A model generated the notes under the pieces. It was not told where the DNA came from. It did no database searches and saw only the letters and a program-made list of their open reading frames with translations. 64,000 bases of DNA, taken from assembly GCA_016866995.1 (NCBI GenBank), contig VGKQ01000003.1, forward strand, positions 118-64,117. The letters run 5' to 3'. Source of the DNA: Candidatus Pacearchaeota archaeon. GTDB lineage: Archaea > Nanobdellota > Nanobdellia > Pacearchaeales > GW2011-AR1. Below, one piece after another: positions 62,854-64,000 of this stretch (positions are counted from its first letter, which is position 1; each line of letters starts with the position of its first letter). The position numbers were made by a program, and so were the translations under genes.

Positions 62854-63201
62854 TCACGATTTTTGGGCTTTATTAAAACCTGGGACACCATAGAAATTAA
62901 CAGTATAAAGTCTGACAGATTTTGTGCCTAAAACACGCTGGTCTTCAAAGTTTCCAGGATACCCAAAATCTACTCTCATTAATCCTGCTTTTTCATCTTT
63001 AAGAACTAGAAAATATTCCAAGCCATTTGCTTCCGCAAGCATTCTCGCATCATCAATAACTCCTTGACTTTCTCGCCTAACATAAGTCTTTGTCAAAGCT
63101 AAACATACACTAGCAAGATTAAATGGTTTATTATCTGGTCCAACTATTGTTCCATTGCGTCCTTGAGTAAGCTGTTGCACCATGTTTTGAAGAAGTAACA
63201 T
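62854..63201 (-). CDS. hypothetical protein (module J8-J9)
   Basis: 115-aa ORF. A TATA-like tttaaaaata lies very close to the first ATG, so the internal ATG at 63183 (MVQQL) may be the real start. Confidence 0.5.
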   Translation of the reverse strand: MLLLQNMVQQLTQGRNGTIVGPDNKPFNLASVCLALTKTYVRRESQGVIDDARMLAEANGLEYFLVLKDEKAGLMRVDFGYPGNFEDQRVLGTKSVRLYTVNFYGVPGFNKAQKS

Positions 63202-63362
63202 AATATTTTTAAATCTTTTCTATTTGTGACTACCCTTGAGTTTTAATTGTAATTTTTAATAGCCCAAAAATCGTTCCGTCATAACTCAAAAAATTTATTG
63301 TCTCGTGGCGTTCCGCTCCACTCCACTACTCAACATAAATTTTTTGGTTTTTTCTGCGAAAA

Positions 63363-63390
63363 AACGAATATAACACCAATTATAATCAAT
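63363..63390 (+). repeat. dif-like site J9
   Basis: AACGAATATAA-CACCAA-TTATAATCAAT. Confidence 0.65.
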
Positions 63391-63529
63391 TTCTTCACAA
63401 TATTCTTTGTTCAGAAACTTTGGGCTCAATATACTAATCCCCAAGAAACCACCAAAGCCCCACCACCCTTAATTGCTCGCCCAACCTTCCAGAGGAATTA
63501 TTAACATAATTGGAAGTCAGGGAATATAA
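63380..63529 (+). repeat. noncoding module R copy 3 (J9 to J10)
   Basis: 150 bp. Differs from copies 1 and 2 at ttataatc versus ttatattc, gctcaat versus gctcgat, and a replaced patch cataattggaagtcaggg versus cataattcagctcgtcaggg. Confidence 0.9.
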
Positions 63530-63546
63530 CAGGCGTTATATTCAAT
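63519..63546 (+). repeat. dif-like site J10 (internally palindromic)
   Basis: AGGGAATATAA-CAGGCG-TTATATTCAAT. GAATATAAC-AGGC-GTTATATTC is a perfect 9-bp inverted repeat. Confidence 0.7.
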
Positions 63547-63583
63547 TTGCCCTACGGCGACTTAGAAGTAGAAAAATTGGGCT

Positions 63584-64000
63584 TTATTTACTAAAATATT
63601 GCAATATCATACTTGTTAAACCATACGCTGCTGCTCCAGATGCAAGTACTAAACCGGTTGTTAGCAATAGATGTTCTTTTAATAGAAATCTGTGGTGGAG
63701 CATAATTTCATCAGCAGCCTCCCCCATTTCAGAATCCACTCTTCCAGCGCATACATCATTTAAATATCTACGACCTTGTGGGCCTGATTTTAGAATTTTC
63801 CTTATTCTGTCCTTCGTATCAGGACAATTATTAAGTGCATATAGGGCCCAATCCAAAAATCTAAAAAATAAATTACTTGCATCGCCTGACCCTCTATCAT
63901 TATATATGCTCAACAACCTTGAAGCTGCAACAGAAGGCAATTTTCTTGCATCCTCATGAAGTATAGATTCAAAAAATGCTTCAACCTCGTCAATTGATGG
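63584..64000 (-). CDS. hypothetical protein with C-terminal TM helix, 5' end outside the window (module after J10)
   Basis: The frame stays open from the TTG at 63940 to the window edge (PSIDEVEAFFESILHEDARK ...), so the gene is truncated by the window. Confidence 0.5.
   Translation of the reverse strand, partial: PSIDEVEAFFESILHEDARKLPSVAASRLLSIYNDRGSGDASNLFFRFLDWALYALNNCPDTKDRIRKILKSGPQGRRYLNDVCAGRVDSEMGEAADEIMLHHRFLLKEHLLLTTGLVLASGAAAYGLTSMILQYFSK

Larger units (their letters stand above)
58800..64000 (+). other. array of 12 directly oriented dif-like sites delimiting 11 or more modules (candidate Xer-type cassette array / stacked IMEX-like elements); truncated by the window end
   Basis: See the individual sites and modules below. 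All sites share [G-rich arm ending xTAA]-[6 nt starting with C]-[TTA(T/G)nnn(C/A)AAT] and all have the same orientation. Confidence 0.6.

Noticed and set aside
59562-63529. Could the regularly recurring repeats be a CRISPR array?
   Set aside because: The repeated unit is about 150 bp rather than 25-40 bp. Spacing is irregular (160 bp to 840 bp), the intervening segments contain promoters and genes, and no cas genes are present.
58800-64000. Classical integron (attC) interpretation of the array.
   Set aside because: TAAC and TTAT motifs recall the R'' (RYYYAAC) and R' (GTTRRRY) boxes. Here, however, they are only 5-6 nt apart in one compact 28-bp site instead of flanking a 55-140-bp imperfect palindrome. 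ORFs point both ways with their own promoters, and no intI/attI is visible. It is kept as an alternative only because bulged stems abut some sites.
58800-64000. IS200/IS605-type (HUH transposase) elements inserting 3' of a TAAC target and stacking in tandem.
   Set aside because: This is attractive because of the TAAC-flanked hairpins. However, no tnpA/tnpB-like gene is present, the conserved sequence extends symmetrically on both sides of a 6-nt centre as in recombinase core sites, and subterminal hairpins are not conserved in sequence. It cannot be fully excluded.

Overview
This is an AT-rich archaeal chromosome segment, roughly one-third GC by eye. The housekeeping genes are archaeal: aRF1, Rpo11/RpoL, NAC, Sec61beta, RadB, ScpB, type IA topoisomerase, MetRS, ValRS, tRNA-Gly(CCC) and tRNA-Val(CAC). 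Tight gene packing, gene fusions, many orphan ORFs and several toxin-antitoxin-like pairs suggest a small-genome DPANN-like archaeon. That assignment is inference, not a computed taxonomy.

The core part (1-58.8 kb) carries:
- a CbbQ/NorQ AAA+ plus CbbO/NorD-like vWA four-gene operon
- a three-gene secreted-protein operon (HExxH protein, Tat-signal protein, beta-helix repeat protein)
- HEPN/MNT and RHH/nucleotidyltransferase pairs
- a lone type I-alpha DAHP synthase
- a translationally coupled HD / radical-SAM / radical-SAM / Tmk-like operon
- aRF1 interrupted by a 133-aa mini-intein directly after the catalytic GGQ
- pyrimidine genes with PyrE-PyrF and PyrD-PyrK fusions
- a DapB-Ddh-LysA lysine block
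- two NYN/LabA-like genes, each preceded by a GC-rich palindrome

The most unusual region is 58.8-64.0 kb and runs off the right edge of the window. Twelve directly oriented 28-bp sites have the 11-6-11 ATAA-N6-TTAT geometry of Xer/dif recombination sites. They cut the DNA into discrete modules:
- single small ORFs with their own TATA boxes, in both orientations
- one RelE-type toxin/antitoxin pair
- a ~150-bp noncoding module present in three near-identical copies plus one diverged copy

I read this as a candidate Xer-type (tyrosine-recombinase) cassette array or stacked IMEX-like elements. No recombinase gene is visible in the window, so the mechanism is unproven. All calls come from reading the sequence and ORF translations by eye. 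No database search or folding program was run.
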